DNA from: Vicugna vicugna
Taxonomy: Eukaryota
Length of the DNA: 64,000 nt
Direction of reading: 5' to 3'
Assembly: GCA_013265495.1 (NCBI GenBank)
Contig: MU058000.1
Location: 2,356,001 to 2,420,000 of the forward strand
Shown one piece after another: positions 39,201 to 53,139 of this stretch. The position numbers and the translations under genes were made by a program. The notes beneath the pieces are model-generated. The model saw only the letters and a list, made by a program, of their open reading frames with translations. It searched no databases and had not been told where the DNA came from. Position 1 is the stretch's first letter. Every line of letters starts with the position of its first letter.

Positions 39201-41629
39201 TGGTAAAGAGGACTATGGCTTTTCGATTCTACCTCTTTACATCTTTTCTATCAACGCTCTGAGTTTGCAGCAGAGTTGAGAGGGGACTTAGAGTAGGAAC
39301 AATGATCATACCTCTCTAGGAAGGAAATCAATTGAGAATTTTTCTTAAACAATGCTTGCCTCTGGGGCCCTCTACTGGAAGGTTCTCTCCCAAGGCCCAG
39401 CCCTTACATGTCAGTGCTTCCACTTGTCTGAAAGACGTGGTACCCTGGAACCAGTCTTTGATTACAGCACCAGTACGCATGACAGTAACTGTTTTTGTGC
39501 TTATATGGACTGAAAATATTAGACTTAAGAACATTTCTATCAACGTGAATGACAATGACGTAACTGGCTATTAAGTGCTCATCCATGCTTTCAACTTCTA
39601 CTGTAAAACTTCCTTTGGCCTCATTTTCAGAGATAACCTAGGATTAGGGAGACGGATTTGAATCTTAAGTGTGTTTCTCCAGTTAGTCCTGTCAGTCTAA
39701 ACTGATGCCATTTCTGTCTTCCAGGTTACTATTAAAGTAAGTGACTGGGGACATTGCACATGTGTCTGTGTGTTTCTTAAATGAAATCTAAAACTGGTAA
39801 AAATTATTTTGATTTGACTTTTTTTTTTCTATATAAACCCTAAATGGGGCTCATGAGAAGTGTCAGGTGAACTTGGCCCACGTTTCCAGGAGAACTCACT
39901 CCTTCCCAAAGGATATAAAGAAAAGATTTATGACTCCAGGTGAAAAGCATAAGAAAGCTGGTGACTGTAGATGACTTTAGCTTTGGGTTTCTGGTTCACT
40001 GGGAGTCTAAAATGAAACTTGGCGATCGCAGGGGGCATGCCTCTAGAAAGGAGAAGAAAGCCCTTACAGAATCTACACAAAACGGGCCTCAATCTGTGGC
40101 TGCCTCTTCACATGTACTGTGTCTCCAAAGACCACAGAGTTAACATGTAGAAAGTAGGCTGCATTTTCATCTTGAACTTTAGTGTTGTCAGTGACGTTTT
40201 ATGAATAGTTTGGAAATTCCCAGCTTCCTCAATTAAAACAAATCTCGATCACATTTTGCTTTACTCACAAGTGTGACTGAAACACTACCCTGAAATGGAC
40301 TCGGTCCATGTTGCAATATGCTCTCCAGGATTCGGAACAGGAAATCAAGTTATGTCTGTCTGTATATCTCACACCACGTACATAATTCATTAAGGAATTA
40401 GAGTTCTGAGTTTTTGGAGTGTTTTTTCCCTGCTATGGAATTTTTAATATGTAGCCTGAATCAGAGTGTCTGTTTGTGATTTAAAAGCCCCCAAATTGAA
40501 GACTTTTGCAGGTGCATGTTGGCATGTGGGTGGGATCTGGACCATGGACGAGCTTGCATTTCAGCACCAAAGTAGAAAATGGGCATGGAATGAATCCTCT
40601 CTTGCCCCATTAACAACTGGCCTCATAGGCAACATCTGGAGTTCACATAGGTATTTTATGACTAAAATAGCAGAAGTCACACCACCACTGGCCATAGTCT
40701 CCAACACTAAGTAAGAACCACAACATAGTCATTGAAAGAACAGCCTTCTCATTGATTAAAAAGGCTTAAGTAGCTGTCTTTTCTAATTTATGAGGAATTA
40801 TGCAAAACTGCCTTTCACATGCTCTGGCTCCACCTTCTAGTTCTAATTTAGTGCATCATAATTGCTTGGTTGTCTCCTGTTAACACAGGGAAAGAGAAAC
40901 GAGCAATACTTACAAGAAACATCCTCTTTTCATTGGTCCCTGATTCTGCTAGCCCTGCTGTAGGGGTCTCATAACACATGAGAAAACCAGCAGAATTGAA
41001 GGATGGACAAGATACAGGTTTTCAGCTCCACTGAACTGAAGGCAGTGGACATATTATGAAATTGGCTTTAAGATGATATTTAGCACTGAGGAGTTTCCTA
41101 CGTCAGTTTTTCTTAAAAGAACAAGAGCCCCCTTTTCCTCTATTGTTCAGATCCACTGAGTTGGGTGAGATACAGCACCTGGAGGGTATGGAGAAATAGC
41201 TGACATTTTCAGAACAAAATTAAACAGAAGGAGGCTCCCACATGCTTGGAAAACTCAATTTTGCTGAAAGAAGAGATTCATTTATTTGAAGGGAGAAATT
41301 AGAAAGTGTTTTCTCAGCCCCCTGAGAGCATGCCAAGCATAAATACTACTCAGGAGAACTTCATCACCATGATGTTAGGGTTCCTATATATGGAATGCTT
41401 TAAGAAACAGTTTCCTTCTTCAACAGAGATCCGATGTCTCTGAACCAAAAGGAAAGGACACATGAGAAAAGAGCTTTGGGGATTCTGACTCCAGGGCAAT
41501 CAAGTTTCAATTAGTAAATAAGAGTCACTCTTTTCTTATTTAGAAAGGCAAAGCCTTCATTTCTTTGACGATTCTTAATTTTTCAGTTCAAATGTTAGGC
41601 TTTAGATACAGAAAAATGAGCATGATTTT

Positions 41630-42000
41630 TGGTATCATTCATCTCATTGAGTTAACAATCTGGTGAAGGGGGCCAATAAGCAAACATTAGGATGCACTTA
41701 ATGAGTTAAACACTCATGGTGCTCTGAGAAGAGAGGTCAGGAGAGGCTTCTCTGAATAGGTGATAAGTAAAATGATGTTGGAATGGTGATAATGGAAGAA
41801 TGCAGTGTTAGTTTCTCAAAAAGCAGAGATAGAAATCTCAGGGCAGGTCAGTGCGTGTTAAGGTCCTGGGGCAGGCAAGGGTGGGGTTGGTTCAAGACAT
41901 TGAAAACTACTGGAGTTAGAGCTTAGTAAGGAAAAGAAAAAGAAGTAGGAAGTGAGACTGGACAGGTAAGGGATGGGAGATAGATGTTCTTTCCTTTCTA
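41630..42000 (-). mobile_element. LINE-2 fragment
   Basis: ggtcaggagaggcttctctgaataggtgat...aaggtcctggggcagg...ctggagttagagc...gaagtgagactggacaggtaagg. Confidence 0.7.
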
Positions 42001-42494
42001 GTAGTTGGAATTTGCAACATGAAAGATATAAGAAATAAAGGGTCTGTTGAATTCAACATGTATCAAGCAACTCTAAAGACCTCGAAGTCTGAATAATTGT
42101 CACCTGAGTAGATAGTGAGAGGGTAGCTGTTTCCTTAGGAATGAATACAGCATAGAAGACCATTCTAGCAGCACTTAACTGTACTTCACATTTGTATAGA
42201 AGTTTTGAATTAACAAATGTTTTTCACAAGAGTTCTTTTTCCTTTTCTACAAAGTGGGGAGAATTCAGATTTATGATCAGTTTATCAAAGGAGATATTAT
42301 TAATCCTTGAATACACAGAAAAAGAATGCCAATTAATAGCAATTGTATATTAGACAATTTTATTTAAAAACTTCCCATGATAGATGTTGACCTGATTTTG
42401 AAACACCACAAAATCTAGATGGGGGTTAAAGAATTGTTTTCCCCTGGTATTGTCTAAATCAATGCATAAAATGGAATTCCATTTTTTATGAAGT

Positions 42495-42600
42495 TTAGGA
42501 ACCGGCAAAACTAATAGCGGATGCCTCTGGCAGAGAGGGATTGATTGGAAAAGGGGAATAAAGGAGTTTTCTGGGGTGACAGAAATGTTCTACATCCAGA
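42495..42600 (+). mobile_element. L1MC/ME-like 3' UTR fragment
   Basis: aaccggcaaaactaat...gggattgattggaaaagggg...ttttctggggtgacagaaatgttctacatc. Confidence 0.65.
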
Positions 42601-42770
42601 AAAAATAAATAAAAACATTGTGGTTGAGTCCCCAGAAGATTTTAATGCATGATGAGATTTGAAAAACACAGTTCTGAGGAGAGCACCTTGTTCAAGCTGG
42701 TGACTTGGCATTATAGAAACAAAGGAAACAAAACAACACAGTCACTAATTGTGGGGCTCAGAAAGAGTTA

Positions 42771-42893
42771 AAACCTGTCGTGCACCCAATTTAAAGTTCA
42801 TAACTTTAACTGGGAAAATCTGATCAAGCTCACTTATTAGGCAGAAACCTGTCGTGCACCCAATTTAAAGTTCATAACTTTAACTGGGAAAAT
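42771..42893. repeat. Perfect 49-bp direct repeat (42771-42819, 42845-42893) with a 25-bp spacer
   Basis: aaacctgtcgtgcacccaatttaaagttcataactttaactgggaaaat occurs twice, separated by ctgatcaagctcacttattaggcag. Confidence 0.97.
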
Positions 42894-44580
42894 GTTAAAA
42901 AGGCATATTCCTAGTTTCCAACCCCTGTGATCCTGACTGTAGCGTGAGGGTTGCTGAAGAAGCTGCCTTTCACGCACGCATCGCAGTGACTGTGAGGTGG
43001 AAAAGATACTGACTTCTGCTGTAGTTTGACCTTTACTGTAGTTGAAATGAAGCCTTACATGAAACTGTAAGCCTTAAGAAGTACTGGATGCTCTGCTGAT
43101 ATGAAAAATACTGGGAATTTAGAAACTAAGATGTGTATTTTATTGATTAAAATGTGTTTGCTTTGTCCGTGTATTGGTTTATTTGCATTTATCCCCTGTT
43201 ATTTGAAGAGTTGTGAGAACTACAAGATGCTTTAAACAAAGACAGCTCACAGAGTAGTTGAAGAATTTTGCTGTGTCTTAACATGACACTTGTAATAATT
43301 ACCAGAAATAAAGAATAATATGTCTGAAATATCCATTAGAAACCTGTTAATTTTGGGAATATGACTTAAGTTATTTAAAACTTTTCACAACAGCATGGAA
43401 AATTATTATTTATTTTTATATCTGACCAATACATTTCCAATTTATTCCTAAATCTTTTTCTAGAACTACCTAATTAAAATAAATCATTTCTAATATTTGA
43501 CAGTGATATATCCCATAGATAGCCCACTATTTAACAACAATATAGTATTTATTCACTCGACTAAAACTATAAATCAGGAGGAAGCAGTTCAATAATCTCG
43601 AATCCATTTTTGGATCAGAAGTTTTTCAGACTGCAATTCTTTGTGCATGTGTGCCTCTAAGTTCATTTGTCTCCGTTCTATCTCACTGACTTTCATTCAG
43701 AAAGTTTCCAAACACTTACGCTTCATTAATTACTCATTTCAGAGCCACAAGAAGTTCGGATGTTCAATTCTGAACAACTAATAGAGACAGGAAAGAAAGA
43801 AGTCATACAAGACGTGTTTAAAACGCTTTTAAATGTAGGTCACAAAACAAATTTGTTCCTTCAGTGTAAACCTGGGAGTGCTTCATCTGTAGGCTTTTGT
43901 GGTCTCTGCTCTTCTGAAATAGCAGGAAATGTTTTAACAATTAGAGTGAGCAAATTGTAAAGGGAAATATGGTAGTGAGTTACCAGCCGAGTCCTTAAAT
44001 AAAACATTCCTTTCCTAATGTAGTCCTGATGCTACTCCGTCTCCTATTAGTTGGGGCCACTGCATTGCCATAGGCAAGAATCAAATATACAGTAGTTTGA
44101 TAATGGTAATACATGCAGCGACAGAACAAAAACACAATTATGGTAGAAGCAAAGAAGTCATAAACTGCATTTACCTTTAGGCATCTTTTCGGTTCCCTTG
44201 GAACAAATTAAAACCCAGACTAATCTCAGCGATGTGTGTTTGTCTCATTTGCATTCTTTCAAAGTTCTAACTTTCTAAAATCAGAAATTATTTTTACTTA
44301 TTGTACCAAGATTGGGAAAAGAAATGGTGGTCCATGAGCTATATCCATTTATCCTTAATTATAAAGAAAAACAAGGATACGTATTTGAAAATAAAAACGC
44401 TCAATGAGTAGAAAGAAAGGAGGTTCAAGGGAACATATCCTTTAACATTTTTAGTCAAATAATAGAAATATTTTAAAATTAGTTTTTATATTTTGATGTC
44501 AGGATGAATTAACTCTTCAAAGCTTCATCCCTTCCAGACATTAAGAATTTGTTTTCCAGTGTTATCCCCCTAAATCCCTC

Positions 44581-44632
44581 ATGTATGTATGTATGTATGT
44601 GTGTATATATATATGTGTGTGTGTGTATATAT
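44581..44632. repeat. Compound (ATGT)n(TA)n(TG)n microsatellite
   Basis: atgtatgtatgtatgtatgtgtgtatatatatatgtgtgtgtgtgtatatat. Confidence 0.95.
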
Positions 44633-45099
44633 GATCTCTAGTCATATATGGTGTTGCATGAACAAGCCAATAAACTTAGTTTCAAGTTCAGTTAACTTCA
44701 TCAAAATATTAGAAGCATTTTGAAAGAAAATATATAATCTCCTTTTGAAAGTTATTCTATGTGGGACTCTCGTATGGTAGATTTCATTAAGAGTGCTGTT
44801 AATCCTAGGCTAAATTTGATGTGTGGTTTTGGCTAACGATTAGGATCACAAATGATATAGAACTACATTCCTGTTGAATCAAGTGCAATAAGCAATAAGA
44901 GGGGCTAAAAAGCAACTCCTTAATTATATATGTGTATATAATTTTTTATAAAATTATATATATGTGTATGTGTGTGTGTGTATAAATGTGTGAGTATACA
45001 GAAAGATTTAAATTTACCAGTAAACTTGAACTCAAATATGCTCTATGGTCATATCTCATTATGGAGTATTTGTTAAAAACCTGGACCCCAGGGTCAAAC

Positions 45100-45275
45100 T
45101 TCATTGGTTCAAAATTGTTCTCCATCATTTACTCTTTGACTTCTAGCAAGTGTTTATATTACTAAGGCTAAATATCATAATAAAAAAAAACTAGGAAAAT
45201 AACATGATCCCTGCTTCTGGGTTGTATGAAGCTGGTATGAGAAAACTCACCTAAGGCACTTCACCCAGCATTTGC
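45100..45275 (+). mobile_element. MIR SINE fragment
   Basis: ggttcaaaattgttctccatcatttactctttgacttctagcaagt...tgagaaaactcacctaaggcacttcacccagc. Confidence 0.5.
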
Positions 45276-48200
45276 TTTCCTGCTGCAGACGGTTAACGTT
45301 CAACTACTGAAGAGCAAATAGTTACGTGTTTTGCGTTATCTAGTTTACCTCACTCTACCTCTGCCTTCATTTTTAATCATTGTTCGAATTTGGACATGTT
45401 CAGAAGAATTTTGAAAGAAAAGAACGGAAATGCAATTATAACCAATTGGTTTCCCTACTTAATGCCGAATTTGGTGAGACATTGAGTAATATTAAATCAG
45501 TTAAACCTCTTAGAATGTCGGGAAGTTTGGTGATGTCTTATGTCTTTGAGTTTCTCGTGTTATCTTTAGGTTGCCTGTTGTTCTGTATATGCTGGCACAG
45601 GGTATAAGTCTGTGGATTGTTTTTCAGCATTTCATGCAGACTTACTTGCTAAACCTGCAGAAACTTAAAGGGGTTCTTCCATCGTATAGCTCTTTGAACC
45701 CATTTTTAATTATTTAAATTCAATTCTGATGAAACTTACAGTTCAATTTCTTTCTTTCCCAAGGATATTTTTCTTGCCGGGCTGCTTTTCTTCTTCACAC
45801 TGTTACCTTTATTAATCAGTAGCATAAATTAAGTCCTTAGATTTATCCTTTATTGCTAGTTATAAATCTGTCTTCTGTATTTTAATTTCCACCTTTTGCC
45901 TCTTTGAATCCATCCTACTTAGCACCATTCCAGGCATATATTTGGCAGAAAATAAATGTTTGTTACTGATAATAGATATGTGACTGTAGAAATATTTGTG
46001 TGACGATAACTCAAATTTTAGTCTAAGCAGTAAGTTTTGATGATGTCTCAACTACAGCACTCAAAACACTAATAAATTTTGAAGACTTTATTTACGAGGG
46101 CTTTCTGAATATGTATTATACAAATGATTTGATTTGGAGGAGGATATGTACCTGTTTGTTCTATCTCTAAAGGCATTACTTTGGGCCATTTACTTAAAAC
46201 AAACAGCTGTATTCATTAGCAAATAGTCAGTTTATCCAGAATTAAGGGTGCATTTAAAATAGAGTCAAAGAAAGGAAACAGATAAAGAGTGCATTAGAAG
46301 TTGAACAAATCTGACTGGGAGATCTGAACTCACTCTGCATGTGGAATCCATCAAGTGGACTTTAGTGGCACTTGCGAACTTCCCTTTTCTGTAACTGTTC
46401 CTCATTAAACTCAGAGGGATGAGGGATAACTTTCTTCAGTAATTTATGACATTTGTGTCTATTTGCAACAGTTGTAAAAATACAGTATAACCAGGAAACA
46501 TCATAAAACACTCATAAACTCCTCTAAAGGCAGCCAAAGAGCTAAACTTTCCACAGCAGTTAATGATACAACTGTGAGTGAATTATCCCTCAGTAGAGGC
46601 TGTGTGAAATCTGTGAACTATGTAATGCATTTTAGCAAATATTTAAGGCATAAAAATACAAACACAATCAGTTTTGTATAAAAGAAAGCTATATAAAAGA
46701 AAATTCTCCAATAATTCTGTCAACCTCACGGACGAATTATTATGGGAGAAAGAGCCGTGTCACTATAAAATATCTCACCTTATCACAATGTTTTAAACTA
46801 TAATGTTCTCTGAGAGGCTATAATTTACTTACTGCTTAAAAATCAATGAATTCAGTTTATTATCAGTGGAAGGTGAATTGTTTTCCATATGGAAAATGCA
46901 GACTAATATTGTACAAATGGACAATTCTATACGAAATTGCAAACACAGGAAATATACATTTATAAAATTACTGATCATGGGTATATGCATATATGACCTT
47001 AGTTGAATTTTATTGTGAATGCCATATATTTTACAACTTCTAAAATAAAATCAGAAGGATTTTGGTGCTTTGAGAGTTCGCATTTCATAGGGCCTTGCAC
47101 TAGTCCATGTGCAAAGAATTCCAAAGTAATGTTGGCAAAGAATTTTTGTAACTCATGGATAGTATTGGCCGAATCATATTTCTTTTCTATTGCCTGAATC
47201 CCTGATATGTCTTTGTATTTATTGGAATATGTGAGACCTTTCCTGCACAAACCACACAAGATATGCCTTAGAGTCACCTTGCCATCATCAGAATGATCTT
47301 TTCCCCCAAGAAACTACACTGTTGAGAAGATTAAGAAGAGGTGAAGTTGTCATAGTTATGCTACTAGTTTGACTCTTTCTTGGCCTGAAAATTAAAAATT
47401 AGGTCACATTCTAGGTTAACTTGGCCTCAGCCACACAATCCTCTCTGCTAATATTAGCTGGATCTCTTATGGATGCTGATTTCTGGAATTCAAAGATTGT
47501 TGAAGCATGGAGAAGAAACTCTTTCGGCACAAAGAGGCTGTCTTGTTCCAGTTTGAAAAAAAAATGGTGATAATAACTTGGATGAGTTACTAGCCAGACT
47601 ACATTTATTCTGAAAGTTTTCCTTCCCAAAAGATTCAGAAAAAGGAAATATCAGAGAGAAGCATACGCACATCGTCACCACTACCTGGCAGTTTGCTAAA
47701 CGTGGTAAAAGTAGTTTGATGGGTCTCCTAGTGATAGGACACAAGAAAAAACAGACACCCTAAGGACAACGGCTCTTGTGTAGAGTTATGGACAATAAAT
47801 ACATTTAGTTCACCTGTATCATCTCCACAACTTCCTATGTCCAACAAACCTTTAGTCTCTGAGCACACACCTCAACTATCATTGAAGATTTGAAGATCCA
47901 AATTGTCAAGTCAAAGGGTACAAAGAATTTTTTTTTTAATGAAAAGAGAAAAAAGAGGAAGAAGAGTAGTGGAGATTCAAATTTCTCGGAAGTAATCGAG
48001 CAAACCATCAAACAAACAAAAAGTGAGACAAAGAAGATAATGCCAGTTTTCCTTACTTCCCTAGTTTGGAAGAACTGAATGTAGAGATCACATCTCTTTC
48101 CGTGATTACTTTATCACAAATACCCATCTTAACGCTAAAAATACAAGCATACACCTCTATCCATGTATGTGTGTTTAAAGTAAAACTGTTTAAGTGGATT

Positions 48201-49109
48201 GCATTTTAAAATATGCTTGTTTTTGAAAAAAAATGACAAATAGCAAACTCTAATTGAAAACTAGGATGGACACAGTCCAAAAGTACTCTGTCAATTCCAT
48301 TTCTTTGTTCAGGCACCAGCAATATAGAATATTGACATTACAGAATGCAAACACATTCACGACACTTACATCATTATGTCACATGCTGTTAATTACCTAG
48401 CATGCTGTGAAATCTGCTAACCTGCCATAAAATGCACACTTTAAAAAAATTGGAAATGTTTCAACGTATTGCCTTTATTTCTAAAAATGACGTGAAATTG
48501 ATGTTTTCAAGACATGGCTAAACATTCATGAAACTAGTCACAGAGGAACATCATAATAGTGTATATGCTTACTAGCATCCATTTAATAATGTTCTACTTG
48601 GGTAAGTGGTGTACCTGTAAATTGATTGCAATCTGAGAGCTCTTCTGTCATGGATTGAGAGAGTTCTCTACACTGATTAATCAAAAATATGTTAAACAAC
48701 CTTTCAAAGTCAAAGAAACAATGAAAAGTTCATCACTAGTGAGATTTGTGTCCTGGATTTTGCTAGTAATAGCTTACATGTCACTCTCCATCCCTTCATT
48801 AAGATTATAAATCCCAGGTGAAAATGTGAGAGTAATGGCCAGGTTATTTTGTTAGCTATGAAGGTGTATTTTTTGATTATTCAAGTCAGTTCTCCAGTTT
48901 GTAGCTCTTATTCTCTATTATTTGGCACGTGAGCGTTCAAGGAAATAGTTTTAATAGATTTTGTGTTTGCAGTAGCCTGATATTCAAAGCAGGCTTGATA
49001 TGACCAGAATACTACATTCATTCCTGTTGTCTTTCTAGTTTTCCTGAGCTACCACAGAAATTGCACAGTAAGGGTGATTTCTGATGACATCCTGCTTAAT
49101 GAATGAGTT

Positions 49110-49430
49110 CTCACCCAAGTCCTCAATCTCATTCTCATCCCCACTCCTTCTGTCTTGTTACTTCATGAAAAACCTCTATGTTTGTTCTTACTCCAGTTCA
49201 AATAGCATCTCTTCTAACTTTCTTAGGCAAAATAATCTCTCTTAGATTTTCTTGTAGCAATTTGTACATAATTGCTAAAGCATTATTCACACTGTATTGT
49301 AAGGTTAGGTTTTTTTCTATGAGTAACCCAAGGGTACCCAATGGAATGGATAGCCTCCTACTCATCTGAGTTTTTCTTTTGAATCTGTGCAATTTTATAT
49401 AAGAAAGTACTAAATAAATGCTTGTTTAGT
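49110..49430 (+). mobile_element. LINE-2 3' fragment (decayed)
   Basis: catgaaaaacctctatg...ttcacactgtattgtaagg...aagtactaaataaatgcttgttt. Confidence 0.5.
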
Positions 49431-50879
49431 CTTCTGTTTTGGGTGTCACAGTCATTTCTTTCCCCAACCACTATTTACTTAAGTCTTCTGTAATAAAAAT
49501 GCGACTCATCATATGAAACGATTGGTTTAAAGAACATTTTGTATGCAGTGGAGCAGTGCAAATGAGGCATTCAAAGTTTGGGGCACAGCCTTCATATTTT
49601 TCAGAAGGCTAGTACATTTCAGGTAATGGTCCAAATGATGTGTGAGCCAGTCCGCTACATGGTACCTTTTCTGAATTTTTCTTTTATAATTACATCTAAC
49701 TGGGAGCAGTGAGTGATAATGTAAAGGACTAGGAGATTACATGACTGTATTTTGGTGGAAAAAACAAGAATTTCCTTTTGGGAAAGGAATACTTAAAGGA
49801 GAGATTAGCTTTATTGCCAGCAGCCTAATTGCCAACCACTGACCCCGGTTGAATGAGAATCTCCATTACTAAGGCATTCATCCTACAACAATGAGTAGGT
49901 AAAACAAAAAAAAACCAAACCGTTTCAACTTTCAAACTAATTGAAGAGGAAACTTTGTGATATGAATTTGAATGATAATTTACTATTTTAAGTAAATTCA
50001 AGATATATTTATTTGTCAAAAGTTATTATTCTCAATGAACTGGTCCTTAATAAAAGAAAATGGGTTAATTATCAGGCAGAATGAACACTTTTAAAAAAAT
50101 TACTGTACTAAGCAGTATCATATTGCTTCTATAAAATGACCTGTATTTTGCTTAAATCATATCTCTTAACTGTAATTGCAAAACAATGAGACAGATATTT
50201 TTGTGTCCTTTTTATAACTTGGGCATGGAGACATAAGTAGTATAATTCTGCAGAAATGTAAGAAATCAAGGATTATTGTAATCATTAACTCTGCCATTTC
50301 ATAAATTACAATGGTATTTTAAGCAAAATCTGGGGTTCACAGTAAACTGATTATAAGAATGCTTTTTATTTTTGAAGTCTAAACTGAGTGAATAAACTGG
50401 AATGCTTTGTATAGGAGTTGATATTCATCATTCCCATACATGAAGTGGGGTTCGTGTTCCTTCTAAAGTTTAATTAAGTATATTGATGGAGAAGCCAAGT
50501 GACAATAATGGTAGAAAATTAACTCAGTCAGAAAATCAGTATTTAGAGAATTTTATTTTGTAGAATAAAAAGATGATTGAAAAAGTAACAAGGAATGTTA
50601 AAAGGGGTATATTTTATACTGATTCTTCATTAACAAATGAAAGAAAGGCAGAGCAACAAATTTCAAACTAAATTAAATCATATTAAATTAATTTTAAACT
50701 AAAATAAATCATATTTACATAAGATTAATACAACAAAGGTCCCTGGGTCATAGATACATACTGAAGGCCCTTTTGCTTTTCGTGAGATTAAAAGTCATTC
50801 TAAGGTCACTCGCTACTGCATGGGAAGATAGAGCCCATTTGTTGGGGTCAGTGCTGCCCAGGTAGTTAATTTTAAAATC

Positions 50880-51070
50880 AGGATGTAGTGGATGGCAGAC
50901 AGGGCCAAGTCAGACAGATCTGGTTGCCACTTACTACCTGAATAAACTCTTAAAAGACAAACATGAGCATGCGTTACTAGTTTAATTGTAAAATGGGAAC
51001 AATAATTATTAAAAGGGGCTTCATTAAAGAAAATAAATGAAATAAACTTAAACCAGATATGCAAAATGAC
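50880..51070 (+). mobile_element. MIR SINE
   Basis: gtagtggatgg...agtcagacagatctgg...ccacttactacctg...tgtaaaatgggaacaataat...aaatgaaataa. Confidence 0.65.
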
Positions 51071-51700
51071 CCATTTCAGATTTTTATAAACCGTTAATTC
51101 TCTTCCTCTTCCCCTCAGTTGTTTCCTGAGACATGAAAATATAATAGTTTAAATTGATTTAGGGACTTTTGTTTCTATCCATGATAGACTCATAAGACCA
51201 AAATTCTCTTTGGGAACAGCTAGAAAAGTGAAATAATGTGTCAGAAATATCTTGTAAAACATCTTGAGGCAGTCAGGGCATTTGAGGCCAAAACCGTGGA
51301 GAGAAGAAAACGTGAAGAGATGAATCCATATTCTTTAACTTAATTTTTTTCTCATTAGAGCATTTTTGGTCCTTGGTATGGGGCCAACATTTGAGAATCG
51401 AGGAAGAAGGTAAGAATCCTGCAGAATTTTCCTCTGTGCTGTGGTCTTGGCTTACACAAAATGGAAATGTCGGAGTGCCCAGGTGAACGTGACATGAGTG
51501 GCCATGATTCTGGGGAGAAGAGAACGACAATGAAGTATGTGAAATATTGACCTCTTCTTCTCCTGAGGCATTTAGTGAATTCTTAATCTTCACAGGCAAG
51601 AGGCTAAGAGGGCCACCAAAAAAATCATGGAAAACCCAGTCAAGTTTGCTGGTGTCTCATGGTGCAGACTAGCCGATTTGGAATTCAGAGCCTCCCGAGA

Positions 51701-51729
51701 AGAATATAGAATATAGAATATAGAATATA
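51701..51729. repeat. (AGAATAT)4 short tandem repeat
   Basis: agaatatagaatatagaatatagaatata. Confidence 0.95.
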
Positions 51730-53139
51730 CTTTCTCCATTTCAACTGAGAAGTCTTGTGGGTTTCACCTCAGCACTTATACACAGATAAACAAAGCATTA
51801 CACTTAATGCATCCAGACTCAAACTCAGCACTTCTTTGAATTAATGTAATTTTTTTTCCATTCCAATTATGGAAAAGCAAACTTCCAAAGGCAGATAGAG
51901 TTAGTATCACTGAGAGGTTCTTGACTTTTCCATACATAGAATTTGGCATTCATCAAGAATAATCAGGCATATTAAGAGAGAGAATGAGAGAGAGCAAGAG
52001 GAGAAAAAAATAAAATAAATGTTTTTACACAGCTTTGCAATTATAAAACACACATTTTAAAAAGTGGGAGAGGATAGATGCTTGTTTGAAAAAAAAACAG
52101 TTAAACCTTGCTTTGCTGATTTATCATTAAAGATTTTATTCTTTAAACACATTGTGTCTTTAGATAATCTTTTTAAGATTGACCTGGTCTAATAAGTCAT
52201 CCCTCCATACTGAAATAATAAGCATTGCATATGGCATATCCACTGCTATGGTGACCAATAATTATTTTGAAATTATTTTTTCCCAGTTAATAATGATATT
52301 ATGTAAGGTTTACAAAAGTCTGAGTAGTTACATTTATACACAATATAACTGATCAAATCCTACTAGATTAAATCTAAGAAAATTATCATTGTACATTCCA
52401 AGAAGTAATTGCTTAATGAAACATAGCATGTTTGTGTTATCTTTTATTGTTTTCCTCTGTTACATATTGGTAGATGTATGACATCCCAATAACCATAATT
52501 TTTTGAGATTTTACCTACCTCCTAGGGGAGAGAGCTTGTTAAATATAACATACACTTGGTTTTATAAACTTGAACGTTAGATATATTACCAATACTTCTG
52601 TGGCGAATAAATGTTCTACTGATCAAATGTAAAAATTCACAGCTGCTGCTCTATGGCCCTCAGCTTTCTCATATTTTCCCCATCATTGCTAAGTATAATT
52701 GCTTGCACATTACTTTTAATATAAAATTAGCCAGATACAGTGAAGTAAGATTTAACAATGATGGTTGGATTTATAAGCCCTTCAGGAGCCAGGGAGCTCT
52801 ACGACATTCACGTTGTCAAAGTCGTCTAAATGTGGATCCTGGAAATGACTGCAGGACATGCGGCAAGTTGATGACAGATCTGGACAACCATGGCATTTTA
52901 CATGTCTATAACGTTTTATGATTTTCAAGGCGTTTTCCTCGAACTATCTCCTCATATCCTTATGATAACTCTGGGAAATAAACAGTACAAGCATTATTTA
53001 TCTTCTCTCTTTTTATGAAAGAGTAATTTTGGGGATAGAGTATCTACGATATTTAACCAAATCTCAGAGTTAGCAAGAGAATTAACCAGTAGAAAATCAT
53101 AATTTGCTTGGGAATAGCCAGTATTTCTTCAAATATTTT

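Noticed and set aside
42771..42893. CRISPR-like repeat-spacer-repeat interpretation
   Set aside because: There are only two repeats, the context is mammalian and there are no cas genes. A local duplication explains it.
50664..50716. 20-bp near-duplicate aaactaaa(t/a)taaatcatatt
   Set aside because: It is short and very AT-rich, an ordinary slippage duplication.
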